A DNA stretch of 63,130 bases, filler included, from Octopus bimaculoides (taxonomy: Eukaryota): assembly GCF_001194135.2 (NCBI RefSeq). It is 6 parts of 4 records of this genome, joined end to end, with 100 filler letters (N's around TTAATTAATTAA, not from the genome) between each part and the next. Parts side by side here need not be neighbours in the genome. Positions count along the whole stretch, not along the records: positions 56,692 to 63,130 come from NC_068989.1; 5 more parts are not named here. One strand, given 5' to 3'. Both the position numbers and the translations under genes were made by a program. Shown piece after piece: positions 63,099-63,130 of this stretch; the first letter of the stretch is position 1; every line of letters begins with the position of its first letter. The notes under the pieces were generated by a model. That model saw nothing but the letters and a program-made list of their open reading frames with translations, searched no databases and was not told the DNA's origin.

Positions 63099-63130
<32 letters not shown>

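Overview
AT-rich, gap-ridden eukaryotic DNA. The repeat landscape (dense di-, tri- and tetranucleotide microsatellites, three tRNA-derived SINE families, Penelope-like, RTE and R4/Dong non-LTR relics, mariner/Tc1 relics and MITEs) is most consistent with a coleoid cephalopod (octopus-like) genome; this is an inference, not a lookup. Almost all long ORFs in the track are artefacts of N-gaps or simple repeats. The recognisable protein-coding remnants are all transposon-derived: mariner transposases (29.1-29.9 kb, 36.1-37.0 kb), Penelope GIY-YIG endonucleases (32.8-33.4, 35.6-36.0, 62.1-62.8 kb), R4/Dong RT and restriction-like endonuclease (9.5-9.9, 56.7-57.3 kb) and an RTE RT start (56.25-56.59 kb). 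No host gene is identified with confidence; a frame-compatible two-exon candidate lies at 46.9-47.2 kb beside an isolated CpG-rich island. The most unusual features are a GC-rich 55-bp tandem array whose units fold as hairpins with compensatory changes (37.05-38.02 kb), minimal hammerhead-ribozyme motifs, apparent targeting of one SINE family into its own head, and several isolated long hairpins. Assembly artefacts (TTAATTAATTAA linkers in 100-bp gaps, false duplications across gaps) are present. Coordinates were counted by eye and repeat boundaries are approximate.
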